39,530 bases of DNA from a virus (taxonomy: Duplodnaviria; Caudoviricetes), in IMG/VR virus record IMGVR_UViG_3300037478_000354, positions 1-39,530 of that record; one strand, written 5' to 3'. The notes under the pieces were generated by a model. The model was not told the DNA's origin and ran no database searches. It saw nothing but the letters and a program-made list of their open reading frames with translations. A program made the position numbers and the translations under genes. Below, in pieces: positions 16,324 through 26,050 of this stretch. Numbering within the stretch: position 1 is the stretch's first letter; every line of letters starts with the position of its first letter.

Positions 16324-16603
16324 CTCGATGCCTCCTCTCCTCACGAATGGCCCGATCCTGCAACCACAACCAACCGACGCCCGCCGCTAGCAGCGCGCCG
16401 AACACGACCACGTACGCCGGCAGCGGCAGTGTGTGCCCGGTGCCCAGCGCAATCAGCGACAATGCCTCCGCCTCAATGAACAGGGCCATGCCAAACAGCA
16501 ACCGGCTCGCCCACGTGCGCAACCCGCGCAGCGCCTGCCGGATAGCGAACACCTGCCAGCATGCGGCCACCAGCACGAGCTCTACGAGCGCCACCGTGAG
16601 CAT
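16301..16603 (-). CDS. Three-TM lysis-cassette membrane protein
   Basis: Three hydrophobic segments. Confidence 0.65.
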   Translation of the reverse strand: MLTVALVELVLVAACWQVFAIRQALRGLRTWASRLLFGMALFIEAEALSLIALGTGHTLPLPAYVVVFGALLAAGVGWLWLQDRAIREERRHRDERSVVA

Positions 16604-16776
16604 CAGCTACGCCCGCCCCTCAACGCCTGCTCAACCCATTCGCCGAGCACGTCACGGGCCCGGTGCACCTCCGGCCACTGCTTACGCGCCTCGACCAACT
16701 TGCGTTCCTGCTCCCGCCGGGACTTAGCCGCAGCTCCCCCGTTGTCCACCTTGCGTCGCCTCCATAGCCATCTCAT
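16603..16776 (-). CDS. Small basic lysis-cassette protein
   Basis: MRWLWRRRK...; coupled both ends. Confidence 0.65.
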   Translation of the reverse strand: MRWLWRRRKVDNGGAAAKSRREQERKLVEARKQWPEVHRARDVLGEWVEQALRGGRS

Positions 16777-16991
16777 GAGACCGCCTTGTCCTTCACCACA
16801 CCGAGCACCGCCCACAGCTGCCGGTCCCGCTCATCGGCCCGGTCAGTGGCAGTCTGAGCGGCGATACGCCAATCGTCGGCGCGTTCCCGGTGCGCCCGCA
16901 CCGCGCTGCGGTGCAGCACCACCAACGCCCAGATGACCGCGCCGGTGATCCCGGCCTGCGTGGCCAGCGGCACCAGCAGCTCAGTGAACAT
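16773..16991 (-). CDS. Membrane-anchored coiled-coil lysis-cassette protein
   Basis: N-terminal TM then ERADDWR coiled segment. Confidence 0.7.
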   Translation of the reverse strand: MFTELLVPLATQAGITGAVIWALVVLHRSAVRAHRERADDWRIAAQTATDRADERDRQLWAVLGVVKDKAVS

Positions 16992-16992
16992 G

Positions 16993-17823
16993 TCAGTCGG
17001 TCTCCGCGGTCAGCGCCCGGCCAGCCGCCTCCAACCGATCCAACACCTCGGTACACGCAGCTTCCCCGGCCTCCCGCACCGGAACCCCATCGGCGATCTG
17101 GTCGGCCAACGCCTGCACCTGCGCCCGGGCCGCGGCCAGGTCCGCGCGGATAGCGGCCAGCTCATCGGTGTGGATGCGGTCATACCCGTACCCGGACCGC
17201 CAGTACGCGGCCGCCGTGTACCCCTCCTCGGGGATCCCCGGGTAGCGTTCGGCTACCCCGGAGGTGACCGGGATCCGCTTGTTGGTGATCTCCTCACGGA
17301 TGATCGCCCTAAGTGTTGCCTCGTCCACGTCCAGCTCATCTCCTTCGAAGTAGCCCCGGAAGTAGCGGATCTTGTCACTGTTCTCGGAGTCGCGGTAGTA
17401 CGACTCGTGCGTGTGCGTCTCGTGCGAGTCACCGGCAGTGCGCAGCTGCGCCTTCCACCCGTTCTCGTGCGCCCACCGGTAGGCGCGGCCGTCCCCACCC
17501 GGGCCGATGACCTCCCGGGTGTCCAAGCGGCGGCCGGCCCGCGCCTCGGCCACCATCCACTTCGTAAGCCCAACCAGCGACAGGCCACCCTTGGCGAACC
17601 AGCCGACGTCAAACGCCGATGCGGCCTCGGTCTTCAGCTGGACGTCACGCGGATGCTGCCGGGAGTACGCCGTCGTCTTCAGCGACGACCAGCCGATGTG
17701 ATAGCTGGTGCCGGTCGCGTGGTGGCCGGCCGAGCCGACGATGCCCAGCGACACCCACGACAGACCTGTGAACGGCTGCACGTAGCCGCGCAGGTCCAGC
17801 AGACGCCTCGGAGCGTAGGTCAT
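16993..17823 (-). CDS. Endolysin, probable M15-like Zn peptidase
   Basis: GIVGSAGH..SYH...ASAFD...SHETHTHES; position before holins; GGAGG RBS. Confidence 0.7.
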   Translation of the reverse strand: MTYAPRRLLDLRGYVQPFTGLSWVSLGIVGSAGHHATGTSYHIGWSSLKTTAYSRQHPRDVQLKTEAASAFDVGWFAKGGLSLVGLTKWMVAEARAGRRLDTREVIGPGGDGRAYRWAHENGWKAQLRTAGDSHETHTHESYYRDSENSDKIRYFRGYFEGDELDVDEATLRAIIREEITNKRIPVTSGVAERYPGIPEEGYTAAAYWRSGYGYDRIHTDELAAIRADLAAARAQVQALADQIADGVPVREAGEAACTEVLDRLEAAGRALTAETD

Positions 17824-17840
17824 GCAGGGCCTCCTATAGG

Positions 17841-18638
17841 TCAGAGCGCGGTCACGGAAAGGTTCTGCCCGACAATGTTGATGAAAGGGCTTGAGTCGCT
17901 CGTTGTCACACGGTAGCGAGTCTCGAAGGTGTACACCCCGGGGTCCAGGATGCGACCACGCGTCCTGGTGGAGCCGACTGAGCCGGTGCTGCCACCCGAG
18001 AAGTTGAACACCAACCAGTTGCCGATAGACGGCTCTATCACTGCCGAGTCCGGGCCGGCGGGGCCAGTGATCCTGACACCAACCTCCCCGGACGCTGGCC
18101 CACCAGAGGCCAGGACGATGATGATGTGAGCTGATATGGAGATCAGAGCCTTGTTTATGATCTCTATGCCGCTGATCACCACCGGGTCGCCGGTCGGATG
18201 CGCGGCGAATCCCCCCGGCGGTGAAGTGGCCGCGGTGAACGAAGCATCGTTGAAGATGGACCCGGCGTCGGTGATCCGGTCGGCGAACACCTCGGCGGAG
18301 ATTTCTTTGGCGAGGTTCGTCTGCATGAACTGGACCGACTTGCTCGCGGCCCCCGACCCGGGAACGATCACCCGCCCGCCGGCGCCGATGCGCAGCGTTG
18401 TCGCCCCGCCGCCGGTGGGCTGCCACCTCGACAGCATGACCAAATCGCCAGCCTGGTATGTCAGCGCCTCCACCCCGGAGGCGACCGGGATGTCCGGGTG
18501 CTCACCACCCCGATAGACGATCACGTTCTCAAACGTGTCCGGGTTCCACGATTTGATGATCCCCTGGCCCCAGCCCGCGAACTCGGCGTTGGGTTGGATG
18601 AGAACCGAGGCGAGGTCGTCGCTGGCCCAGGCGCTCAC
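17841..18638 (-). CDS. Minor tail protein
   Basis: N-terminal OB-like QGIIKSWNPDTFENVI, beta-rich C-terminus. Confidence 0.7.
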   Translation of the reverse strand: MSAWASDDLASVLIQPNAEFAGWGQGIIKSWNPDTFENVIVYRGGEHPDIPVASGVEALTYQAGDLVMLSRWQPTGGGATTLRIGAGGRVIVPGSGAASKSVQFMQTNLAKEISAEVFADRITDAGSIFNDASFTAATSPPGGFAAHPTGDPVVISGIEIINKALISISAHIIIVLASGGPASGEVGVRITGPAGPDSAVIEPSIGNWLVFNFSGGSTGSVGSTRTRGRILDPGVYTFETRYRVTTSDSSPFINIVGQNLSVTAL

Positions 18639-20845
18639 GATGTCACCCTCCCGATCAGTACCTGTGTACGTTCGCGGGTGGTGCCGGACATGGTGCCGTC
18701 GGCGTTCAACGGTATGGTCACCGACTGCACGACGTGAATCTCCCGGTTACCGTCGCGCTGCGTGACCCGGATCGGATGCCACGGCCGCAGCGCCGGGTTG
18801 GCCACAGTTCCGAAGTCGGCCGAGTGGGGTGCGCCGAGCCGCCGGCGGAGCATGGCCCGGGCGGTGGACAGCGCCTGCGCCTCGGTTTTGATGAACGGGC
18901 TGGCGTAAAACCTGGGCACCTTCCCGAACCGGCCACCCCACCGGGTGGGCGAGTTCGGGCCGATGTCCACAGCCGCGGCGAACACCGGATCCTGCTGGTC
19001 GCCCCCCTCACCGCGGGCCACCACCCCGTTGAACACACCCTCGCGGTTGACCCGCCGGCCGGCGGACACAAGCACACCGTCCGTGCCGGCCTTCACCTCC
19101 CACAGCGGCACCGACTCGTCCGGGGCCGATTCGATCCGCAGGACGCCTTCCCCATCCCAGTACATGATCTTCCCGAAGGCTTGGGCCAGCTCGGCCAACG
19201 GCGCGTACCGGTCTTCTTCGAACATGACCCGCCGGTCGATGTCCGCGAAGCCGGTGTCATCGTCGAAAACGATCGTCGCCTGCGGGTACACCTCACCTAC
19301 CATGACTGCGAACACCGAGGCTACCGAGGTGTTCGGGGCGAATGATCGGGTAGTGACCAGCCGGGCGTCGATCAAACCGGCCATGCGGTCCTGCCCCGAG
19401 AGGGACAGTTCGCCGTAGGGTGCGTCGGCCTGCTCGGCCGAGTCGATGCGGAAGTAACCCAGCGGCGACCACAGCACAGCGTCACCGACGTCGACACCCC
19501 GGCGGGCCCAGATTTCGTTGCCGTATGGGGCGAGCAGGTCGGTGACGAGCCTGGGGAACCGAGACTCGCCGGTCTCGTCCTCGTCTACGCCGGCGGTGAT
19601 CAGCTGCAACGAGGCGAACACGGCGGCGGTCGCGTCAAACTGGACGTCCCCACCGAGGACGGGAATGGTAGCGCCGACCGGGTCGGCCCCGTCCTGGAAC
19701 GACGTGAGCACCCTGGCCTCAAACGTCGGCTGGTGCGAACCGTGCACCACCTCGGCGAACTCGACCACATCGGCCACGACAGCAGGCGCACTCAAACCGA
19801 ACAGTCGGACACCAGTAGCTACCAGCACCTCAGACAGCGGATCGAACAGGTAGGGGATGAGCGGCTGCGCCGCCTGCGCCATACTAACAACCGAACCCTG
19901 CACCACCAGCCCGAAAGCCTGCAGGTGAAAGTTCGGCAGAACGCCGGTTATCCGGTAGCCGAGCGGCGGCGGATCCAACACGTTGCCGCCACGGATATCG
20001 AACGGCGCCACACCCGCCGCACCTTCGGCGATCTTGTCTGCGATCGCACCATCTATGTCTGTTTCAATGGTAGCCACGTTGGTAATCGTGAAATCCAGGA
20101 TCTCTTCGATGGCCTGGTAGTGCATCGTGGTCCGGTCGGCCTCGCTGGGGGTTCCGGTGCGGTTCGTTTCGATGATGATCGACACGATGTGCCGCAGACT
20201 GGAATTGATGTCCAACACGATCAGGTCACCCCGATCGTCGGGACCCCAATGGTCGTTAGACCATCCTTCGGTGGTCATCCGGCCGAGGATCTGATCCCGA
20301 AGCGCCGACCCGTGCGCCACGATGTCATCGTGGATCTGCGGGTTGCCACCCCGGTTGCATTCAAGGTCGTTGCGATCCACAGTGCCAACGTATTCGTGGT
20401 GGTCGACCAGAATCATCGGTTTCAGCTGGCCTACGGTCAGCGACACCACGCGTGTCTCCGGCTGGGTCAACACAACCCAGTCCCGGTTCAGGTCCTCCCC
20501 GTTGGCGTTCTCCCGTGTCACCGCCTCGAACCCGTCCGGGTTCACCGATGGGATCAGGTGCACCCCGTGGGAAGCCAGAAACGCCAGCTCGCCCGAATCC
20601 ACGGTGGTGGACAGATAGTCGGCGAAGTCGAGGATCGCCTCCCGGCCCGCAGGCTCCAGGCCGTGCTGCATGCCCACCAGCAGCACCGCCGGGCGGGCAC
20701 CCACAGCCGGCGGCGGGTCACCCATGCGCAGCAGCCGGATCGGCCGGCCCTCAACAGATTCGCCGATGACATCGACCGCGCACCGGCCGGTGGACACCAG
20801 CGTGTCTATCAGGTCCGCCTCTTGCTGCAGGGTCCGGAAAGCCAT
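18635..20845 (-). CDS. M14 zinc carboxypeptidase fused to tail-tip hub (DUF5047-like) domain
   Basis: IGESVEGRPI, QHGLE, NPDG, RENANGEDLNRD, DHHE; C-terminal SPLGYFRI..GQDRM..FNGVVARGE..GRFGKVPRFYASP. Confidence 0.85.
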   Translation of the reverse strand: MAFRTLQQEADLIDTLVSTGRCAVDVIGESVEGRPIRLLRMGDPPPAVGARPAVLLVGMQHGLEPAGREAILDFADYLSTTVDSGELAFLASHGVHLIPSVNPDGFEAVTRENANGEDLNRDWVVLTQPETRVVSLTVGQLKPMILVDHHEYVGTVDRNDLECNRGGNPQIHDDIVAHGSALRDQILGRMTTEGWSNDHWGPDDRGDLIVLDINSSLRHIVSIIIETNRTGTPSEADRTTMHYQAIEEILDFTITNVATIETDIDGAIADKIAEGAAGVAPFDIRGGNVLDPPPLGYRITGVLPNFHLQAFGLVVQGSVVSMAQAAQPLIPYLFDPLSEVLVATGVRLFGLSAPAVVADVVEFAEVVHGSHQPTFEARVLTSFQDGADPVGATIPVLGGDVQFDATAAVFASLQLITAGVDEDETGESRFPRLVTDLLAPYGNEIWARRGVDVGDAVLWSPLGYFRIDSAEQADAPYGELSLSGQDRMAGLIDARLVTTRSFAPNTSVASVFAVMVGEVYPQATIVFDDDTGFADIDRRVMFEEDRYAPLAELAQAFGKIMYWDGEGVLRIESAPDESVPLWEVKAGTDGVLVSAGRRVNREGVFNGVVARGEGGDQQDPVFAAAVDIGPNSPTRWGGRFGKVPRFYASPFIKTEAQALSTARAMLRRRLGAPHSADFGTVANPALRPWHPIRVTQRDGNREIHVVQSVTIPLNADGTMSGTTRERTQVLIGRVTS

Positions 20846-21522
20846 CAGGAATCCCGATACCCCTCAAGCCAGTACCGGGTTCCCACGAACGTCACACCGC
20901 CCAAGATGTTCCCTACGCGCAGACTCGACACCTGCCGGTTCTCGTTGAGCCGCCCCCAGGTTTCGGTTTTGAAGTGGGACGTCCCAACGCCAGACTGGAA
21001 CTCCGATTCGCCGCGGAACGACACGAACGAAGCGATGTCGGTTTCAAACAGGCCGACCGTGGCCGTGTTGCCGATCAGCACCCCAGACCAGTAGCCGATC
21101 CGCCAGGTGGTTGAGTCGCCGAACCCGGAGTCACTTACCGTGCCGTCGCTGGCGCGGCGGCGGATCCACCCGCGGCGGTGGCTATCCGAGGTGAGCGAGT
21201 CGTTGACGTTCAGGGTGATGTACTCGGATGCGGACAGCCGGCCGCGCATGTGCAGCCGCATCATCGAAAAGGTGCCCGCCGGATACTTGCCTGCCGCGGT
21301 GGCATCGATCACCCAGTTTGCGACGGCGTCGACCGTGCCGGAGGCTATCGGTACCCAGCCGAGCGCCGCCTCTGCAATGGCATCGGCTTGTGACGCAATG
21401 TCCTGGTCGACCAACACGACCTTGTCGTTGACGTCCTCGGCCAGGTTGCGCATGTCTACCGGCACGTCCGGGACTGCGGTCGCCTGCGGGAACCGGAACC
21501 CGTACGGAGTCGTCGCACCCAT
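20845..21522 (-). CDS. Minor tail/fibre protein
   Basis: MGATTPYGFRFP...DMRNLAEDV N-terminus typical of actinophage fibres. Confidence 0.7.
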   Translation of the reverse strand: MGATTPYGFRFPQATAVPDVPVDMRNLAEDVNDKVVLVDQDIASQADAIAEAALGWVPIASGTVDAVANWVIDATAAGKYPAGTFSMMRLHMRGRLSASEYITLNVNDSLTSDSHRRGWIRRRASDGTVSDSGFGDSTTWRIGYWSGVLIGNTATVGLFETDIASFVSFRGESEFQSGVGTSHFKTETWGRLNENRQVSSLRVGNILGGVTFVGTRYWLEGYRDS

Positions 21523-22944
21523 CTACACCACCACCTGATCCTCAGGGCTGCCCATCAGGTCGAGCAGGTCCGCATACGCCGGGTTGGCGGCCAGCACGTT
21601 GTCGTAGCCGCCGTACAGGTTCAGCAGCCCTGCATACGTCATCGTCGAGCCGACCACCCGCGCCGGCGGTGGGGCCACGAGCCGGCAGGGCAGCCGCCAG
21701 TACCGCCGCGGCGACCGGGCCGACGGCTGCGGACGGGTTGGTCCCACGTCACCGACCCGCACATGTCCGCCCGGCACCGGACAGTTCGCGGGCACGTGCA
21801 GGAACAGGTGCGGGTTGGCGGCCAACGTCAGTTGCATGTCCCTGGCCTGCACGGTGGTGTCGGTGCGAAGCTCCACCTCAAACGTCGCCGAGGCACGCTG
21901 ATCGGGTGTTGATACCGGCACCGACCGGCCGGACACCTCTGACATGCCGCCCCGGTCTCCCAGCTGCGGGTCGGTGAAGTCGACGACGGTCACCTCGCGG
22001 TTCAGGAACGCGAACGGCACCGACTTGAGGATGATCTTCCCCTGGTGGGTGGGGGTGATGCTCGAAGATTCGGAGTTGAAGATCTGCGCGTCGCCGTTGA
22101 CCGACCACAGCCGGCCGGCAGCGTCGGTGAACCCGGTCGTACCGAAAGGCTGCGCGGCGAAGTCCGGGTTGGCCCGGGCCACCGCCGATCCGCCGATACC
22201 CTCGTACACCTCGATGGCAGTCACCGAGCCGGCCCAGCTGCCGCTGCCGCCGTCGTTGGTGCCGCCGACCTCCAGCACGGCGGTGCCGGAGTGGATGGAT
22301 GTGGTGCCGGACCCGGACAAGGTAGACCCAAGCTGGGTCCACGGGCCGCCGCGGTTCGGCGCGGTGAACAGCTTCACGGTGTGATCACCGTCGACGCTGA
22401 CGTCCAGCTCGGCCTTGACCGCGACCCGCCCGCCCGCGTCCGGCTGCGGCGAGACCGTGGCTGTGTGCGTATCGAACGCGGTGCCATCGGTGGAGAACAC
22501 GAACTGCAGCCCGCCGCCGCCGCCGAGGCGCAGCGCATACGAACGCTGGTCAACGTCCGAACCCCATTTGGCCAGCAGGTAGCGGGTGCTGCCGGACACG
22601 TCCCACGGTGCGCCCACCACCTCGGCCACCAGTGTCAGGTCACCGGTGATGTCCAGAGCCGCGTTGTCGGGGGTGGACGCGGTATCACCGTCCACCCCTG
22701 TCAGCAGCAGCCCCGCCGGCGGGTCAACCGGCACCACCCGGTAATGGTTTTCGACACCTTCCTGGTACTCCCAGTCATCCAACGTGGCCACACCGGCGGA
22801 CACCTCGAGCTCGGCCCCGCCGCGTACGGTCTGCCAGAACACTTGGTTGACGGAGCGTTCAACCCGGTAGATACCGTCGGGCAGGTCCGACAGGGCGACC
22901 CTGATCCGCCAGGTGTCATCGTGAAAGCTCAGGCCGACGGTCAT
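21523..22944 (-). CDS. Distal tail protein with inserted LamG/ConA-like domain
   Basis: Directly after TMP; internal STPDNAALDITGDL...LEVGG LamG-like segment. Confidence 0.7.
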   Translation of the reverse strand: MTVGLSFHDDTWRIRVALSDLPDGIYRVERSVNQVFWQTVRGGAELEVSAGVATLDDWEYQEGVENHYRVVPVDPPAGLLLTGVDGDTASTPDNAALDITGDLTLVAEVVGAPWDVSGSTRYLLAKWGSDVDQRSYALRLGGGGGLQFVFSTDGTAFDTHTATVSPQPDAGGRVAVKAELDVSVDGDHTVKLFTAPNRGGPWTQLGSTLSGSGTTSIHSGTAVLEVGGTNDGGSGSWAGSVTAIEVYEGIGGSAVARANPDFAAQPFGTTGFTDAAGRLWSVNGDAQIFNSESSSITPTHQGKIILKSVPFAFLNREVTVVDFTDPQLGDRGGMSEVSGRSVPVSTPDQRASATFEVELRTDTTVQARDMQLTLAANPHLFLHVPANCPVPGGHVRVGDVGPTRPQPSARSPRRYWRLPCRLVAPPPARVVGSTMTYAGLLNLYGGYDNVLAANPAYADLLDLMGSPEDQVVV

Positions 22945-24773
22945 GCAAACGCACCCACCTTCTGCCTGGTACGCCGCTTCAAATCCTGCCGGTCAGCCGA
23001 GATCACACCACGCACTTTGCCCAGGAACTCACCCGAGTCGAGCACCAGCGTGCCCTCGAGCATCATCGGCCCGTTCTGCGTCGGCAACACAGTCTCACCG
23101 GCCTGCGCCAGGATCGGTACCTCAGCCCCAGCAGGCCCGGGCACAATCCCGCCGGTGTGCAGCCGGGGGATACGCGGCACGCTCAGCGTGACCGCCGGAA
23201 TCCGATGTTTCCCCAGCGGGCCGAGGTCCAGCTGGTTACCGCCGATGGTGAACCGGATGCTGTTCCACTTGTCGATCAACCAGTTCACGGCCGACCTGAA
23301 CGCATCTTTGATGCCGTCCCACATGCCACGCGCCGCGGAGCCGATCTTCCCAGGCAGGCCCTTCACGAAGTTGACCAGGGCGCCGAACTTATCCCGGACC
23401 CACTGCACAGCCGAGGTGATCGGGTTGACAACGAAGCCTCTGATAGCCTGCCACGCCGCCTTCGTCCACTGCTTGATCTTGTCCCAGCCCTTGGAGACAA
23501 CCTCCTTGATCTTCTCCCAGTTGAGGATGATCAAAGTGACCATCCCGACCACAGCGGCGATGACCAGCCCGATCGGGCCCATCGCGATCAGCCACGCCGC
23601 GGCAACCTTCGCCGCATGCAGCAGCGACTGGACGCCCAGGAACACCCACTTGGCGACCATGAAAGCTGTCTGCGCCGCATGGACCACACCAGCGCCGATC
23701 GCAGCTGCTGACTGCATCGCCCAGGCAACCGCCACTTTGATGCCCTGAACAGTGGACACCACACCCAGCCGGATCAGGTGGGGAATGAAGAACGCGGTAA
23801 TCAACCCGCCGATGATTAAGATCGGCTTGCGGTTCTTCACGATCCACGTGCCGAACGCCACCAACGCGGGGATCACCCTGTCTTTGATGAACCCTGCCAC
23901 CGCTTTGAGCGCCGGCAAGATGTTCTTACCGAACCAGGCCGCGAACCGTTGCGCAGCCGGAATGCCCTTGTCGGTGATCCAGTCGGCAAGCTTGCCGATG
24001 AACTGGGTAACCTTCCGGATGGTCGGTGCCAGACTCTTGGCGATCTTCTCGCGCAGCTCCTGCACCGAGACCCGCCAGGCGTTCTGCTGCTCGGCGGCCT
24101 TCCTACCACCGGCCGCCCACGCATCCTGCGCGTCGGTGGACTTCTCCAGGATCAGCTCCTGGGTGGCCACCGCCCGGGCCTGCTCCAACTGGGCCCCGGT
24201 CAGGTTCTCGAGCCCTTTCTCCGCCAGGCGACGTTTCACGTCCGCCTCGGAGATGGAGATGCCCAGCTCCTTGAGACCCTCACGCTCACCCAGCATCGCC
24301 TTGCCGAGGATCTTCGATACGTCCGCCGCGGTGCGGCTACCACCGGACCACTTGGCCAACGCACCTGACAGGCCGACCACGTCGGTGGACATGTCCGCAG
24401 CCTGATCGGCGGTGAACCCCATCGGCTTCAGCAAATCGGCAAAGTTCGCGGCCAGACCGGTGGCCTCCCGCCTGGTGACACCCAAGCTCTTACTGTTCTC
24501 GCTGGCCCACTTCTGCACCGCCGGCAGGCTGCCCTCAAAAACCGTCTTGGCCTTGGCGTCCAGGTCTTCGATGCGGCGGCCGAGGGCGGTCATGTCCTTA
24601 CCGAACTGGACCAGGCCGGTCACGGCGAACGCGCCACCGGCCAGCAACGCCAGCTTCTTCAAGCGGCGGGCCCACTTGTCGGTGCGCGACTCCGAGTCAC
24701 CCAGCGCCTTCTTCAACCCCTTGGTGTCCCCAAGGAACTTCATCAAGATCGTCTTGGTGGCGGTGGCGGCCAT
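22941..24773 (-). CDS. Tape measure protein
   Basis: Ala-rich helical, GEREGLKELGISI, periodic W/F repeats, LHTGG end motif. Confidence 0.88.
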   Translation of the reverse strand: MAATATKTILMKFLGDTKGLKKALGDSESRTDKWARRLKKLALLAGGAFAVTGLVQFGKDMTALGRRIEDLDAKAKTVFEGSLPAVQKWASENSKSLGVTRREATGLAANFADLLKPMGFTADQAADMSTDVVGLSGALAKWSGGSRTAADVSKILGKAMLGEREGLKELGISISEADVKRRLAEKGLENLTGAQLEQARAVATQELILEKSTDAQDAWAAGGRKAAEQQNAWRVSVQELREKIAKSLAPTIRKVTQFIGKLADWITDKGIPAAQRFAAWFGKNILPALKAVAGFIKDRVIPALVAFGTWIVKNRKPILIIGGLITAFFIPHLIRLGVVSTVQGIKVAVAWAMQSAAAIGAGVVHAAQTAFMVAKWVFLGVQSLLHAAKVAAAWLIAMGPIGLVIAAVVGMVTLIILNWEKIKEVVSKGWDKIKQWTKAAWQAIRGFVVNPITSAVQWVRDKFGALVNFVKGLPGKIGSAARGMWDGIKDAFRSAVNWLIDKWNSIRFTIGGNQLDLGPLGKHRIPAVTLSVPRIPRLHTGGIVPGPAGAEVPILAQAGETVLPTQNGPMMLEGTLVLDSGEFLGKVRGVISADRQDLKRRTRQKVGAFA

Positions 24774-25234
24774 CAGCGACCACCCCTGACAAACCAGCGG
24801 ATGATCCGGTCAGCGGCCTTGAACCATTCCTGGGCCACCGCCTCCTGCTGCTGCTCGGCCTGCGGGAAGAACCAGTGCCCCTTCCGGCCGGCATGCGGAC
24901 GGCCGAACTGCCTATAGGCATCAGAGCCGAACTCTGATCCGAACAGCACGAGGTACGCCGGAACCCGACGGCGGCCCACCCGCCTGCTACCACCGGCAGC
25001 CACCGCCGCCACCCGGTCCCGGCGCGGCCGGACCGTCGCGGTCAACAACCGGGTTTGCGGCGCCGCATCGGCGGCAGCCGCCGAACGGACATGCCCAGCG
25101 ACCATCTCAGAGATACCGAACGACGCCTTCCGAACCTCCTGGTTGGCCTCCTTCGGCAGGCGGTTGAGAGCTCGCAGCACCTCCCGCACACCATCAATAC
25201 GCACATCGGTGCGAAGAACGGATGACCTGGCCAT
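24773..25234 (-). CDS. HK97 gp10-like tail completion protein
   Basis: VRIDGVREVLRALNRLP...EFG...HWFFP. Confidence 0.65.
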   Translation of the reverse strand: MARSSVLRTDVRIDGVREVLRALNRLPKEANQEVRKASFGISEMVAGHVRSAAAADAAPQTRLLTATVRPRRDRVAAVAAGGSRRVGRRRVPAYLVLFGSEFGSDAYRQFGRPHAGRKGHWFFPQAEQQQEAVAQEWFKAADRIIRWFVRGGR

Positions 25235-25241
25235 GTGCTGC

Positions 25242-25409
25242 TCACCCCCCTCGCTTTGCCGATGTTCCCTTCCGACTAGCCTGTTTGATCAGTTCGAACG
25301 CGGTGACTATGGCCTGTTCGCCTTCTTCCGCCCAGACGCTCGGGGCGATACCGGTTTCAAGGGCGAGCCAGATGAGGGTTCGGCCGAGGGAGCCGGCCGG
25401 GTAGGGTCC
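25242..25409 (-). CDS. Tail assembly chaperone -1 frameshift extension
   Basis: -1 frame after GAC CCT ACC reads PYPAGSLGRTLIWLALETGIAPSVWAEEGEQAIVTAFELIKQASRKGTSAKRGG* with no own start. Confidence 0.7.
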   Translation of the reverse strand, partial: GPYPAGSLGRTLIWLALETGIAPSVWAEEGEQAIVTAFELIKQASRKGTSAKRGG

Positions 25410-25666
25410 ACCTCTTGTTCGTCCTCTTCGTCGTCGACCATCTGCAAGTCAACGCTGGCCTCAAACTCCTGGATCGTGCCCTCCCACAGCCCTTGCCGCC
25501 GTGAGGCCGCGTACGCCAGCCCGTACAACCCGGCCATCGTCGGGTTGGTGGCCAGGTCGTTGAACGACCTGCCCTTAAGTGCTTTCTCCCAGGCGAGCAC
25601 ATCCCGGCTCTCGGCGACCACCTGCCAGGGATCGCCACCGTCCGGTGACACCTTGAACGTCATCAT
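25307..25666 (-). CDS. Tail assembly chaperone (short form)
   Basis: Position between major tail and TMP; acidic stretch then VDPT. Confidence 0.75.
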   Translation of the reverse strand: MMTFKVSPDGGDPWQVVAESRDVLAWEKALKGRSFNDLATNPTMAGLYGLAYAASRRQGLWEGTIQEFEASVDLQMVDDEEDEQEVDPTRPAPSAEPSSGSPLKPVSPRASGRKKANRP

Positions 25667-25679
25667 GGCGGCGTGCCTC

Positions 25680-26039
25680 TTACAGCCGGACCACGCCGGC
25701 GGTCACCGAGGTGGTCGCCGAATAGTCCACGTACACCCGGCCGGCGTCGTCGCTGCCGGACTCGTTGGCGCCGGTCGGCTGCCCGAACGTGCGCAGCGGG
25801 AACGGGCCGATCAGCGCCGTATCCCCATCATCAACCGCCACCACCAGGTCCTCCACGTCCAGCCCGTCCTGTGACGCGGTGGCCAGCACCGTAACGTTAA
25901 TCGGCGACGCACCACCGTTGGCGACCATCAGCGCCACCTGACCGGCGTCGATCACATCACCGTCGACGGTAACCGCGATCAGCGTGGGCACCAGCCCGGC
26001 GCGGGTGACCTGCTGCGTGGCCTGTGTCTGCCTTGCCAT
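25680..26039 (-). CDS. Putative virion accessory protein
   Basis: Beta-rich, GDV..LMVANGGASPINVTV...IGPFP; GGAG RBS. Confidence 0.65.
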   Translation of the reverse strand: MARQTQATQQVTRAGLVPTLIAVTVDGDVIDAGQVALMVANGGASPINVTVLATASQDGLDVEDLVVAVDDGDTALIGPFPLRTFGQPTGANESGSDDAGRVYVDYSATTSVTAGVVRL

Positions 26040-26050
26040 TGCGGCTGCTC

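Noticed and set aside
16993-18426. 477-aa ORF as a single protein
   Set aside because: The 5' part overlaps the minor tail gene; the real start is ATG 17823 with a GGAGG RBS
13961-21522. Diversity-generating retroelement or tail-fibre shufflon
   Set aside because: No reverse transcriptase, TR/VR pair or inverted fibre cassettes noticed by eye
22045-23748. Long plus-strand ORFs (567 aa here; also 19733-21094 and 13997-14974)
   Set aside because: Antisense shadows of GC-rich tail genes with no motifs, RBS or dedicated promoter
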